From positions 50,351-114,350 of IMG/VR virus record IMGVR_UViG_3300030330_006022: DNA of 64,000 nucleotides. One strand, written 5' to 3'. Of the stretch, positions 1 through 9,754 are shown one piece after another. The notes under the pieces were generated by a model. That model saw only the letters and a list, made by a program, of their open reading frames with translations, searched no databases and was not told where the DNA came from. The stretch's first letter is position 1, and every line of letters begins with the position of its first letter. Made by a program: the position numbers and the translations under genes. The DNA comes from a virus. Taxonomy: Duplodnaviria > Caudoviricetes.

Positions 1-1
1 G

Positions 2-1051
2 CAAACCCAAGTCTTGTTACAACAAAAGCAATTGAGTCCTGATATAAGTTTGCAAATTACAATACCAAACGAATTTGAGAAAATAGCTCCAATCAACATA
101 GGCTATACAGCTGGTATAGAAACTAACAAGTGCTCCCCTCAATGGCTACCTAAGTGTAATGATATGGATAAAGTACTGGTTGTTTCAGAACACGCAAAAT
201 CCTCTATAGTGAATACAGTAGCAACAGCTACCAATAATAATACTGGAGAATCTTTTGATTATAAATGTGAAACTCCTGTAGAAGTTGTATGGGAAAATAC
301 AGTAAGATCAGAACCAGAAGAAATACCAGGCTTTGATCTAGAATTTGATAAAAACTTTTTAGTAGTTTCGCAACTTGGCCCTAGAAAGAATTTTGAAAAT
401 ACTGTATGTTGGTTTGTTGAAGAATTTATTGATCAAGAAGTTGGATTGGTTGTAAAGACTAATTTTAAAGGAAACTCAATTGGAGATTTTACACAAGTAG
501 AAAAACACCTTAAGTCTCTTCTTGGACGATATCAAAATCGTAAGTGTAAAGTTTATCTACTTCATGGGGATCTTAATCCTGGTCAAATGACCTCTTTGTA
601 TTCTAATTCTAAAATCACAGCTTTAGTAAATATTTCTCATGGCGAAGGTTTTGGCTTACCTATATATGAAGCAGCAAGAGAAAGTCTACCTATAATTACA
701 TGTGGCTGGTCTGGTCAACTAGATATCCTACATCATGGAGAGAAAGGGTATTTTAAATCTGTTGATTATACATTAAGACCAGTACAACAACAAGCAAGGT
801 GGAATGGTGTGATTGAAGAAGATGCTATGTGGGCTTTTGCCGATCAAGGATCTTACAAAATGGCACTAAGGTATGTAGCAAAAAATAAAAGTGAATTGAA
901 AGAACAATCAGCTAAATTAAAAGATTTAGTGTTGGAAAAATTTTCTGATGAAAAGTTGTTTGATTTATTCTGTAAATCAATAGTTGAAGAAGAAATGGAT
1001 ATTGACTCTTGGCTAGAAGAATTAGAATCAGGTATGGTAGAAAGTGAATAA
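2..1051 (+). CDS. Glycosyltransferase, GT4/GT-B fold (5' truncated by the window edge)
   Basis: RKN motif (GPRKNF) and the GT4 signature SHGEGFGLPIYEA; the frame is open back to position 2. Confidence 0.9.
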   Translation, partial: QTQVLLQQKQLSPDISLQITIPNEFEKIAPINIGYTAGIETNKCSPQWLPKCNDMDKVLVVSEHAKSSIVNTVATATNNNTGESFDYKCETPVEVVWENTVRSEPEEIPGFDLEFDKNFLVVSQLGPRKNFENTVCWFVEEFIDQEVGLVVKTNFKGNSIGDFTQVEKHLKSLLGRYQNRKCKVYLLHGDLNPGQMTSLYSNSKITALVNISHGEGFGLPIYEAARESLPIITCGWSGQLDILHHGEKGYFKSVDYTLRPVQQQARWNGVIEEDAMWAFADQGSYKMALRYVAKNKSELKEQSAKLKDLVLEKFSDEKLFDLFCKSIVEEEMDIDSWLEELESGMVESE

Positions 1052-1883
1052 AATATATTATTTTTCTGATTTGTTAGTAGAAGATCTGGTTGGCGGTGGT
1101 GAACTAAATGACTATGAACTTTGCAGTATGCTTTTAAAAAAAGGATACAAACTAACAAGATTAAGAACAAAAGAGATTAAACAAGAACACTTGGACAAAA
1201 AATATATTTACATTGTTTCTAATTTTGTAGGCTTAAGACCGGAGTACAAAGAATACTTAATTAAAAACTGTAAATATATAATTTATGAACACGATCACAA
1301 ATATCTTGCTTCAAGAAATCCAGCAATATATGAAAATTATCAAGCTCCAGAAAACAAAATAATCAACAAAAGTTTTTACGAAAACGCACAAATGGTTTTT
1401 TGTCAAAGTTCTTTTCATAAAAGCATAATCCAGAAAAATCTACAAATAGAAAATGTTTATAATGTATCTGGAAACTTATGGTCTATTGATAGTTTAGAAA
1501 CAATGAGACTTCTGAGTAAAAGGGACAAAAATGATTGTTTCTCTATTTTGAATTCTATGATAGAACATAAAAACACTAGAGAAGCTGCTTTTTATTGTGA
1601 TAAAAAAAACTTTAAATATACATTAATATCATCTAGAAATTATCAAGAGTTTCTTAATATGCTTTCTAGTAATAGTAAGTTTCTTTTTCTTCCTAAAACA
1701 CCTGAAACTTTATCTAGAGTTGTGGTTGAAGCAATGATGATGAATGTAAAAGTTGTTACAAATAAAAAAGTAGGCGCATCGTATGAGCCTTGGTTTAATA
1801 GAAAAGGAGAAGATTTGATAGACTTTATGTTAAACAAAAGAGAGCATATACTTAATAAAGTTTTAGAGGTGTTAGGTGAATAG
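1044..1883 (+). CDS. Glycosyltransferase-like protein (GT-B)
   Basis: N-terminal GGGELND and C-terminal PETLSRVVVEA (E-x7-E motif of GT4-like enzymes); overlaps both neighbours. Confidence 0.7.
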   Translation: MNKIYYFSDLLVEDLVGGGELNDYELCSMLLKKGYKLTRLRTKEIKQEHLDKKYIYIVSNFVGLRPEYKEYLIKNCKYIIYEHDHKYLASRNPAIYENYQAPENKIINKSFYENAQMVFCQSSFHKSIIQKNLQIENVYNVSGNLWSIDSLETMRLLSKRDKNDCFSILNSMIEHKNTREAAFYCDKKNFKYTLISSRNYQEFLNMLSSNSKFLFLPKTPETLSRVVVEAMMMNVKVVTNKKVGASYEPWFNRKGEDLIDFMLNKREHILNKVLEVLGE

Positions 1884-2622
1884 TCATTTTAAAATAATAG
1901 TTCCACTCTACAATGTTCAAGAGTGGATTAAGCTTTGTCTAAGATCTATTAAAGGTCAAACATATCGTAATTTTGAATGCATAATTATTGATGATATATC
2001 AACTGACAACAGTGTAGAAATAATAAAACAAGAGATTGGCAATGATGATAGATTTAAATTAATTGTAAATACAGAAAAAAAATATGCTTTAAAAAACATA
2101 CATGATGCGTTAATCGATTGTAACCCTAATGATGAAGATGTTATAGTAACAGTAGATGGAGATGATTGGCTAGCGAATAAAGATGTTTTAAAAACATTAA
2201 ATGAAGTGTATTCTTCTAATAATTGTTGGATGACTTATGGTAGCTATGCCGAATACCCTTCTAAAACAAGAGGTAAATTTGCTAAACAAATACCACAACA
2301 AGTCATAGATAAAAACTTATTTAGAAAACACGAATGGTGCTCTTCTCATTTAAGAACTTTTAAACACCACTTATGGAAATCTATTAACAAAGAGGATTTA
2401 ATAAATCCAGAAACAGGCAAGTTTATTAAAGCTGCATGGGACTTGGCTTTTATGTTTCCAATGTTGGAAATGTGTGGTAATAAATCTTTTTTCATCGATA
2501 AGGTACTGTACATTTATAATAGAGGCAATCCTCTAAACGAAGACAAAGTAAACCACAGCGTTCAATTAAACGAAGAAAGAATTGTCCGCAATAAAGAAGT
2601 ATATAATAGGATAGAGAATTGA
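1876..2622 (+). CDS. Glycosyltransferase family 2
   Basis: IIVPLYN, IIIDDISTD and VDGDDW (DxD) motifs. Confidence 0.92.
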   Translation: MNSHFKIIVPLYNVQEWIKLCLRSIKGQTYRNFECIIIDDISTDNSVEIIKQEIGNDDRFKLIVNTEKKYALKNIHDALIDCNPNDEDVIVTVDGDDWLANKDVLKTLNEVYSSNNCWMTYGSYAEYPSKTRGKFAKQIPQQVIDKNLFRKHEWCSSHLRTFKHHLWKSINKEDLINPETGKFIKAAWDLAFMFPMLEMCGNKSFFIDKVLYIYNRGNPLNEDKVNHSVQLNEERIVRNKEVYNRIEN

Positions 2623-3455
2623 AAAAAGTAAGTTTAAACATGATCAAAGGACCCTTTCAGCACGATATATGTTCTTCTGCTTTAAATACAAACAAGTATG
2701 TAGATTGGAAAAAGGATAATTCTGCTGATATATCTTGCCACATTGATTACGGATTGCTGGACAAGATAGATAGTACAAAAGAAAATTATGGTTGGGTATG
2801 TGAAAGCAGCGCCATAGTTCCATCTGTCATCAAAGAAGTTGTAAAAAACAAAGAGTCTTACAAAAAAAAATTTAAATACATTTTTACTTGTGATAGTAGA
2901 ATTGTAAACTTGGATAAAGATTTTTTTAAATTTACTATGCCATCAGCTTTGCCTTGGATACAAAATAAAAAGATATACAAAAAAACTAAATTAGTTTCTT
3001 TTATTGGTTCTAACAAAAAGATGTGTAAAGGCCACCTTTACAGACAAGAGATGATAGAAAAATACAAGGATAAAGTAGATCATTATGGTAGAGGTTTTAA
3101 AAACAAGGAGCTTCCATGGATGATAGAAAAAGAAAGTGGAAAAATATTAGGTCTAAAAGAATATATGTTTTCTTTTGCAATGGAAAACACAAACCATGAA
3201 TACGCATTTTGCGAAAAAACAACTGATTGTTTTGCCACTGGAACCATTCCAATATATTGGGGTGGAAAAGGAATTAAAGAATTTTTTGATCCTAAAGGCA
3301 TTATATTTATAGAGGATTTAAACTCTATAGATGAGTTAAATGAGGAATTATATAATTCAAAAATTGAATATATTGAGTCTAATTTTAAAAAACTAAACAG
3401 CCTATTAACATCAGAAGACTATTTTGTGAAAAACTACATAAGAGGTGAAGCTTGA
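2619..3455 (+). CDS. GT10 alpha-1,3-fucosyltransferase-like protein
   Basis: YMFSFAMEN...CEK..DCF..GTIPIYWG matches the GT10 motif. Confidence 0.85.
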   Translation: MKKVSLNMIKGPFQHDICSSALNTNKYVDWKKDNSADISCHIDYGLLDKIDSTKENYGWVCESSAIVPSVIKEVVKNKESYKKKFKYIFTCDSRIVNLDKDFFKFTMPSALPWIQNKKIYKKTKLVSFIGSNKKMCKGHLYRQEMIEKYKDKVDHYGRGFKNKELPWMIEKESGKILGLKEYMFSFAMENTNHEYAFCEKTTDCFATGTIPIYWGGKGIKEFFDPKGIIFIEDLNSIDELNEELYNSKIEYIESNFKKLNSLLTSEDYFVKNYIRGEA

Positions 3456-4318
3456 TAACTTGTAAATTTGCTGGTGGCTTGGGAAACAATTTGTTTCAGT
3501 TTGCTAATGTTTTTGCATTACATAGAAGACATAATGTTCCCTACTGTATTCAAAGAGATTTTCAAAGATTAACTTTTGATGGAAAGTTGTTAAAAGACGA
3601 ACTTAGATTTAAACAAGCTCATGTCTTGGAATTTCAAGAATTATTTGAAAATAAGCTTCCTTATATTGAAGAGTTAGCTGTGAACACTAAAAATATGAGC
3701 AACTATTATCATCATGATTTGGATGGAAGTAGTAATTTTTTGTTTTCGGAAGTTAAATTTAAAGATAATACAATGTATTATGGATACTATCAATCTGATA
3801 AATATTTTATGGATTCAAATTTGAAAGAAGAGCTGGTTGTCAATCGTGACATCACTGATATTATAAAGGATAGATACGCTGAACTTTTCAACAAACCAAC
3901 AATTTCATTACAATATAGACTTGGTGGAGATAGAAAGTTAAACAAGATTCAAAAGTTTCACAAAAACTTAAACCCAAGTTATTACACTAAAGCAGTTGAA
4001 GAAATATCAAGCATAACTGGTAAAAAAATTAGTGATTTCAATATTCTAGTTTTTTCTGATGATCTGGAACTAGCTAAAAAAGCTCTGTCATATACTACTT
4101 TAGATTGTGTTTATGTCGAAAACAAAAACAATATAGAAGATTTTATACACATGTCTATATGTGATCATAATATAATAGGAAACTCAACTTTTGCTTGGTG
4201 GGCTGCCTACATGAATAAAAACAGCGGATTAGTTATTGCTCCAAAAGATTTTTTTGGAAAAAATTATAGTAATTTTTTATTAGATGATTTCTATCCCACT
4301 GAATGGATAATTTTATAA
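3452..4318 (+). CDS. GT11 alpha-1,2-fucosyltransferase-like protein
   Basis: GGLGNNLFQ, GYYQS.KYF, VFSDD and IIGNSTFAWWAAY motifs; the usual HxRRGD motif reads QYRLGGD. Confidence 0.88.
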   Translation: MITCKFAGGLGNNLFQFANVFALHRRHNVPYCIQRDFQRLTFDGKLLKDELRFKQAHVLEFQELFENKLPYIEELAVNTKNMSNYYHHDLDGSSNFLFSEVKFKDNTMYYGYYQSDKYFMDSNLKEELVVNRDITDIIKDRYAELFNKPTISLQYRLGGDRKLNKIQKFHKNLNPSYYTKAVEEISSITGKKISDFNILVFSDDLELAKKALSYTTLDCVYVENKNNIEDFIHMSICDHNIIGNSTFAWWAAYMNKNSGLVIAPKDFFGKNYSNFLLDDFYPTEWIIL

Positions 4319-4328
4319 GGAGAAATAG

Positions 4329-5255
4329 TTGAAAATTATTGGATTAGGAAAATATGTACCAGAAAGAATCTTGCCAAATGAAGAAATACAGAAAACTGTC
4401 AATACAACTTCAGAGTGGATTAAAAGCAAGCTTGGTATAAGTGAGAGAAGGATTAGCAATAGCGATGAAAAAACTTCCGATCTTGCCTTTAAAGCTAGTT
4501 TAAAAGCTTTAAAATCTTGTAATAACTCTATTGATGATATTGATTTGATTATTGTTGCAACTTCAACACCAGATAGAAAAAGCCCATCAACTGCTTGTAT
4601 ATTACAAGAAAAATTTGATTGTAAAAATATACCGGCTTTTGATATAAATGCTGTTTGTTCGGGTTTTATATATGGACTTGATTTGTGTAATTCTTTATTA
4701 AACGAAAACAAATACAATAAAATTTTGCTAGTAGGAGCAGAACAGTACTCTACTATTACAAATTGGGAAAGCAGAGATTGTGTTTTCTTTGGAGATGGTG
4801 CTGGTGCTGTTGTGCTAGAAAAAGACGAAACCAGTTTTTTCAAATCAATTATAAAAGCTGATGGCAAAGGAAAAGAAAACTTTACAGTTCCTTCTGGAGA
4901 AAAGTATTTTAAAATGAACGGAAAAGAAGTGTTTAAGCATGCTACAAATGTTCTTCCAAGTTCTATAAAACAATTGCTACACGAGAACAATCTAAAATCA
5001 AGCGATATTGCCTTGTGTGTTCCTCACCAGCCTAGTATAAGGATTCTTGAATTAACAGCTAAAAAAATAGGCTTATCGTTTGATAAAATAGCAAGAACAA
5101 TGCATAAGTATGCTAATACTGCTGGTGCTTCTATTCCTGTTACTTTGTGTGATGCTTTTGAACAAGGAAGATTAAAGAAAGGTGATTTAATTTTATTTAC
5201 AGCCGTAGGTTCTGGATGGACTTGGGGTTCTGCAATTATAAGGTGGGCGATATGA
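4329..5255 (+). CDS. fabH: 3-oxoacyl-ACP synthase III (KAS III)
   Basis: Cys-His-Asn triad intact (DINAVCSGF, VPHQPS, YANTAGAS); FGDGAGA and MNGKEVFK; TTG start after AGGAG. Confidence 0.93.
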   Translation: MKIIGLGKYVPERILPNEEIQKTVNTTSEWIKSKLGISERRISNSDEKTSDLAFKASLKALKSCNNSIDDIDLIIVATSTPDRKSPSTACILQEKFDCKNIPAFDINAVCSGFIYGLDLCNSLLNENKYNKILLVGAEQYSTITNWESRDCVFFGDGAGAVVLEKDETSFFKSIIKADGKGKENFTVPSGEKYFKMNGKEVFKHATNVLPSSIKQLLHENNLKSSDIALCVPHQPSIRILELTAKKIGLSFDKIARTMHKYANTAGASIPVTLCDAFEQGRLKKGDLILFTAVGSGWTWGSAIIRWAI

Positions 5256-5902
5256 AAAAAATGTTAATTATTGGTGGATCTGGTGGTATTGGAAAAGAAA
5301 TGACAAAACTGTTTTCAGATAAATATGAAGTTTTATCATGTAGTTCTAAAACTTTTGATATAACTAACTTGCCCTTTCTAGATAGGTTTTTTAGTCTTAA
5401 TACATATGATATTATTCTAAATGCTTCTGGTTACAATTATGATTCTTTTGTTCATAAATATAGTATAAAAAATATACATGAGGTTGACAAAATGATTGAT
5501 ATCAATGTAAAAGGTAATTTAAACCTACTTTCAGCTTGCCTCCCTGGTATGAGAAAACAAGGAAATGGTAGAATAATATTTTTATCTTCTGTTTTGTCAA
5601 CGATGCCTGTAGCAGGAACATCAGTATATTCCGCATCCAAAGCTTTTATAGATAATTTAGTCAAAACTGTAACTTTAGAAAACTTATCTAAAGGCATAAC
5701 TTGTAATTCTATACAATTAGGATATTTTGATGCTGGAATGGCACATAGAATTCCTGAAAAAATTATCAATAATATAGTAGATGGTATTCCATTAAAAAGA
5801 TTGGGAAAAATGGAAGAACTTTACAACACAATAGAGTATCTTATAAACACAGAGTATGTTTCTGGTACTTCAATAAAAATAAATGGAGGCATTGATTTAT
5901 GA
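5252..5902 (+). CDS. Short-chain dehydrogenase/reductase, FabG/PhaB-like ketoacyl reductase
   Basis: GGSGGIG, Ser in LSSV, YSASK and C-terminal VSGTSIKINGG; ATG at 5252 overlaps the fabH stop (ATGA). Confidence 0.85.
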   Translation: MKKMLIIGGSGGIGKEMTKLFSDKYEVLSCSSKTFDITNLPFLDRFFSLNTYDIILNASGYNYDSFVHKYSIKNIHEVDKMIDINVKGNLNLLSACLPGMRKQGNGRIIFLSSVLSTMPVAGTSVYSASKAFIDNLVKTVTLENLSKGITCNSIQLGYFDAGMAHRIPEKIINNIVDGIPLKRLGKMEELYNTIEYLINTEYVSGTSIKINGGIDL

Positions 5903-6420
5903 AACATGGAATAGACTTTTATATAAATGATGATGTTGTAATCAAAAGAAATGAAACAGCAATATTTGGCAACCATGTTGCCATCGACAAAGGCTTTTAC
6001 TGTACTACTCAAATAAATGTAGGTGATTATGTTCACATTTCTCCTTACTGTACTGTAATAGGTGGAAAAGATGGCATGTTTATAATGGAAGACTTCACAG
6101 GTCTTTCAGCTGGATGTAGAGTAGTTTGTTGTGGAGATGATTACATCTCAGGACACTTGATGAACCCAACTGTGCCAATAAAATATAGAAAAGTAAAAAA
6201 TGATAAAGTTGTTTTAAAAAGATTCAGTTGTTTAGGGACAAATTGTGTTGTATTACCAGGTGTGGTAATTGCAGAAGGTTCAGTTATAGGAGCTAATTCT
6301 TTGGTAAATAAATCAACAGAACCTTGGACTGTTTATGTTGGTAGTCCGGCAAAACCAATAAAAAAAAGATCTAAAGAGTTATCTTATAAATTTGCTAAGG
6401 AGCTTGGGTATGAATTATAA
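5899..6420 (+). CDS. Left-handed beta-helix sugar N-acyltransferase (AntD/VioB-like)
   Basis: Hexapeptide repeats; VGDYVHISPY, DDY...LMNPTVP and VYVGSPAKPIKKR resemble AntD as I recall it. Confidence 0.8.
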   Translation: MKHGIDFYINDDVVIKRNETAIFGNHVAIDKGFYCTTQINVGDYVHISPYCTVIGGKDGMFIMEDFTGLSAGCRVVCCGDDYISGHLMNPTVPIKYRKVKNDKVVLKRFSCLGTNCVVLPGVVIAEGSVIGANSLVNKSTEPWTVYVGSPAKPIKKRSKELSYKFAKELGYEL

Positions 6421-7309
6421 CGCAAAAGATGATTATGTTAATAAAGACTCTATGTCTATGCCATGGGTTGAATCACCTTTTTTTGAATCTATTTTACAAA
6501 ACTTAGATGTATCTGAAGAATTAAAAAGTATGGCTAGAAAATACAACAAAGACGGTTATGTGATTTTAGATTTAAACTTAGATGATGACATAATATTTAA
6601 AATCAATGAAGATGTAAAACAAATCATAAAATCTAAAAATTTTGTGGGACAAGAGAAATATGAATATACAGATCACAGAAGGCTTTTCCAAGCTTGGAAA
6701 AAAAGTAAAAATGTAAGAAGTTTAACAAAAAACGAGAAGATACTAAGTGCCTTAAGATTTCTTTATAATAGAGAACCTTTTGCTTTTTCAACAATTAATT
6801 TTACTAATCCAACTTCACAACCTCTACACAGCGATACGATACATTTCAACTCCTATCCAAAAGGATGGATGGTTGGTGTTTGGGTTGCTTTTGAAGACTG
6901 TGACGTGTCAAATGGAGCTTTGAGAGTTGTTAAAGGTAGTCATAAATGGAAAGAGTACGATTATAACTGTATAAATATAATCCACCCAGATAACAGAGAT
7001 GATGGAGAAAAAAAATCATACAGAGATTATGATCAATTTGTCAGAAGATTAGTTGTGTCAAAGAACGCAAAAGAAGATTCTGTTGTAATGAAAAAAGGAC
7101 AAGCAATTATTTGGTCTGCTAATTTACTTCATGGCGGTACACCAGTTGAAAATGATAAGGTTACAAGAAGATCCCAAGCCATTCATTACTTTTTTCATGG
7201 ATGTAAAAAATATTACACACCAATGTTTTCAGAACCAATGTTAGGCAAGTACGCTGAAAAATGGTGTAATGAGAAAGAAAATGTATTCACATATAAGGAG
7301 AAAAAATAA
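6410..7309 (+). CDS. Phytanoyl-CoA dioxygenase (PhyH) family Fe(II)/2-oxoglutarate dioxygenase
   Basis: QPLHSD (HxD), GVWVAFED, NGAL..VKGSHKW, LLHGG and TRRS; ATG at 6410 follows AGGAG. Confidence 0.88.
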   Translation: MNYNAKDDYVNKDSMSMPWVESPFFESILQNLDVSEELKSMARKYNKDGYVILDLNLDDDIIFKINEDVKQIIKSKNFVGQEKYEYTDHRRLFQAWKKSKNVRSLTKNEKILSALRFLYNREPFAFSTINFTNPTSQPLHSDTIHFNSYPKGWMVGVWVAFEDCDVSNGALRVVKGSHKWKEYDYNCINIIHPDNRDDGEKKSYRDYDQFVRRLVVSKNAKEDSVVMKKGQAIIWSANLLHGGTPVENDKVTRRSQAIHYFFHGCKKYYTPMFSEPMLGKYAEKWCNEKENVFTYKEKK

Positions 7310-7905
7310 TGTCTTTTCAAGTAATTGCTGATTTTGAGAAAGAAATAGCTAATTTCTTCGGAGCTCCATATGCAGTAGCAGTGGATTGCTGCACACACGG
7401 AATTGAGCTTTGCTTAAGAATGAAGCAAGTTAAAAAAATAAAAGTCCCAAAGAGAACTTACTTATCTGTTCCAATGTTAGCTAACAAACTTAATATTGAT
7501 CTGGAGTGGACCAATCAGGTGTGGCAAGATTATTATCATCTAACTGATGACATAATTGATGCTGCTGTTTTATGGAGAAAGAACAGTTATATTGCTGGTA
7601 CATATATGAGTGTGAGTTTCCAATTTAGAAAACACTTAAGTCTTGGTAGAGGTGGTATAATATTGTTTGATAAAGAAGAAGATTTCGACACATTGAAAAG
7701 AATGTCTTATGATGGAAGACACCCAGACCAACGATGGCACTTGCAGAATATAAAAACTATGGGATATCATTACTACATGACTCCTGAAACAGCTGAACTT
7801 GGTTTACAAAAGCTTCCTGAAGCAATTGAAAGAAAACCAAAACAATGGGTTTATACAGATTGGCCCGATCTAACTACAATGGATTTTTTTAAGGAGAACA
7901 AATGA
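7309..7905 (+). CDS. Short DegT/DnrJ/EryC1/StrS PLP-dependent aminotransferase-like protein
   Basis: FEKEIANFFGAPYAVAVDCCTHG, IIDAA and SFQFRKHLSLGRGG (PLP Lys); only 198 aa. Confidence 0.8.
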   Translation: MSFQVIADFEKEIANFFGAPYAVAVDCCTHGIELCLRMKQVKKIKVPKRTYLSVPMLANKLNIDLEWTNQVWQDYYHLTDDIIDAAVLWRKNSYIAGTYMSVSFQFRKHLSLGRGGIILFDKEEDFDTLKRMSYDGRHPDQRWHLQNIKTMGYHYYMTPETAELGLQKLPEAIERKPKQWVYTDWPDLTTMDFFKENK

Positions 7906-8819
7906 AAATATTATTATTAGGATCAACCGGTTTTATTGGTAGTAACCTAAAAACAAGACTAGAAAAAGAAGGACACACGATTTTTACTGCTGAAAGATCT
8001 AGTGGAGTAGATATAAGAAGATACAACGATATTCGCTTCACTATAAAATACACCAAACCAGATGTCATTTACAATTTAGCTTCTCACGGTGGCAGTGTGC
8101 ACTATGTAAGAAATAACTCAGCTGATGTTTTTCAAGACAATGTTTTAATGGCAATTAATTTATACAAAGCCATTTCAGAAGTTAACAAAGATATAAAGGT
8201 TATACAGCCTTTCTCTAACTGTTCTTATCCTGGAAAAAGTGATGTCCAATATGAAGAAGAGTGGTTGGATGGCGATGTACATCCATCAGTATTTTCTTTT
8301 GGTAATTCTAAAAGAACAATTTTTTATTTATCAAAATGTTACAAACAGCAATACGGAATAAGATCAGTAAACATATTGTTTCCTAATACTTATGGCCCTG
8401 GTGACTCTTTAGATCCAAACCACACACATGCTTTAAACGGCATGATCATAAGGATGCTAGAGGCTCAAAAAAAAGGTGACGAAGAATTTGTAGTCTGGGG
8501 GACTGGTTCTCCTATTAGAGAGTGGGCTTATATTGATGATTTTATAGAGGTACTAGTTAGGTGCTTAGAGATCGAAGGTCAAGAGTATCCTGTAAACATG
8601 GGCCAAGAAAAAGGATATTCTATTGCTGAATCTGCTGGTTTGATTAAAAGAGCCTGCAAGTTTAAAGGAAAGATAACTTTCGACACAAAATATAGAGATG
8701 GAGACCCAGTTAAAATAGTAAGTGGAGAAAAGTTCAAACAATTATTTAAAGACTTTGAGTTCTTTGATCACTATCAAGGAATAAAAAATACAGTAAAATA
8801 CTATAAGGAGAAAAAATGA
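7902..8819 (+). CDS. GDP-L-fucose synthase (Fcl/WcaG)-like epimerase/reductase
   Basis: GSTGFIG, SNCSYP, PNTYGPGD, H in NHTHAL and VWGTGSPIREW; YxxxK reads FGNSK. Confidence 0.8.
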   Translation: MKILLLGSTGFIGSNLKTRLEKEGHTIFTAERSSGVDIRRYNDIRFTIKYTKPDVIYNLASHGGSVHYVRNNSADVFQDNVLMAINLYKAISEVNKDIKVIQPFSNCSYPGKSDVQYEEEWLDGDVHPSVFSFGNSKRTIFYLSKCYKQQYGIRSVNILFPNTYGPGDSLDPNHTHALNGMIIRMLEAQKKGDEEFVVWGTGSPIREWAYIDDFIEVLVRCLEIEGQEYPVNMGQEKGYSIAESAGLIKRACKFKGKITFDTKYRDGDPVKIVSGEKFKQLFKDFEFFDHYQGIKNTVKYYKEKK

Positions 8820-9754
8820 AAAAAATATTGATCACAGGCGGAGCTGGTTATGTTGGTACTACATTAATACCACTTCTACTTGGAAAAGGATATGAAGTTA
8901 CTGTCATAGATAGCTTGATATTCAATAATGGTGACAGACTAATACCCTTTATGTCAAATGAAAATTTTAGTTTTGTAAAAGGAGATGTTAGAGACTTAAA
9001 ATTATTAAGTGGGCTAGTAGGTGGTAAAGATGTAGTAATACATTTGGCTGCGTATGTTGGCTTTCCTTTGTGCAGACTAAAAGGAGAAAAAGAATCATAT
9101 GATGTGAACACAAAAGCAACTGAAGATTTGGTTAATATGTTAGAAGAAAACCAGTATCTACTTTTTGGCTCAACAGGTTCAAACTATGGTGAAGTTGTAG
9201 GTTTGTGTACTGAGGAAACACCACTAAACCCTCTATCAATTTATGGTAAAACTAAAACTGATGCTGAAAGAATTGTAATGACGCGTAAAAATTCAACAGC
9301 TTTTCGTTTTGCCACAGCTTTTGGAATTTCACCTAGAATGAGACTAGACCTTTTAGTAAATGATTTGACCTATAAAGCAATGACGGAAGGATATGCTGTT
9401 ATTTATGAATCTCATTTTTTGAGAACATTTATCCACGTTAGAGATTTGGCAAGATCTTTTCTTTTTGCAATCGAAAACCAAGAAAAAATGATTTCTAATG
9501 TTTATAATGTTGGTTCTAATAAGATGAATCATACAAAAAGGGAAGTCTGCGAAAAGATAAATGAGCAAGTGCCAAATGCTTTTTTCCATCATGCTTCAAT
9601 CAAAGAAGACCCAGATAAAAGAAATTATAAAGTATCTTATGATAAAATAAACTCTCTAGGATTTGAAGTTGAGGTAGACTTAGAAACAGGTATTAAGGAA
9701 ATTAAAGATTGTGTCATATTATTAGAAAACTCTCTGAGGTATAGAAATGTCTAA
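8816..9754 (+). CDS. NAD-dependent NDP-sugar epimerase/dehydratase
   Basis: ITGGAGYVG, HLAA, YGKTK, RFATAFGISPRMRLDL. Confidence 0.9.
   Translation: MKKILITGGAGYVGTTLIPLLLGKGYEVTVIDSLIFNNGDRLIPFMSNENFSFVKGDVRDLKLLSGLVGGKDVVIHLAAYVGFPLCRLKGEKESYDVNTKATEDLVNMLEENQYLLFGSTGSNYGEVVGLCTEETPLNPLSIYGKTKTDAERIVMTRKNSTAFRFATAFGISPRMRLDLLVNDLTYKAMTEGYAVIYESHFLRTFIHVRDLARSFLFAIENQEKMISNVYNVGSNKMNHTKREVCEKINEQVPNAFFHHASIKEDPDKRNYKVSYDKINSLGFEVEVDLETGIKEIKDCVILLENSLRYRNV

Noticed and set aside
4313-4990. 225 aa minus-strand ORF
   Set aside because: Antisense shadow of the well-supported fabH; no motifs of its own
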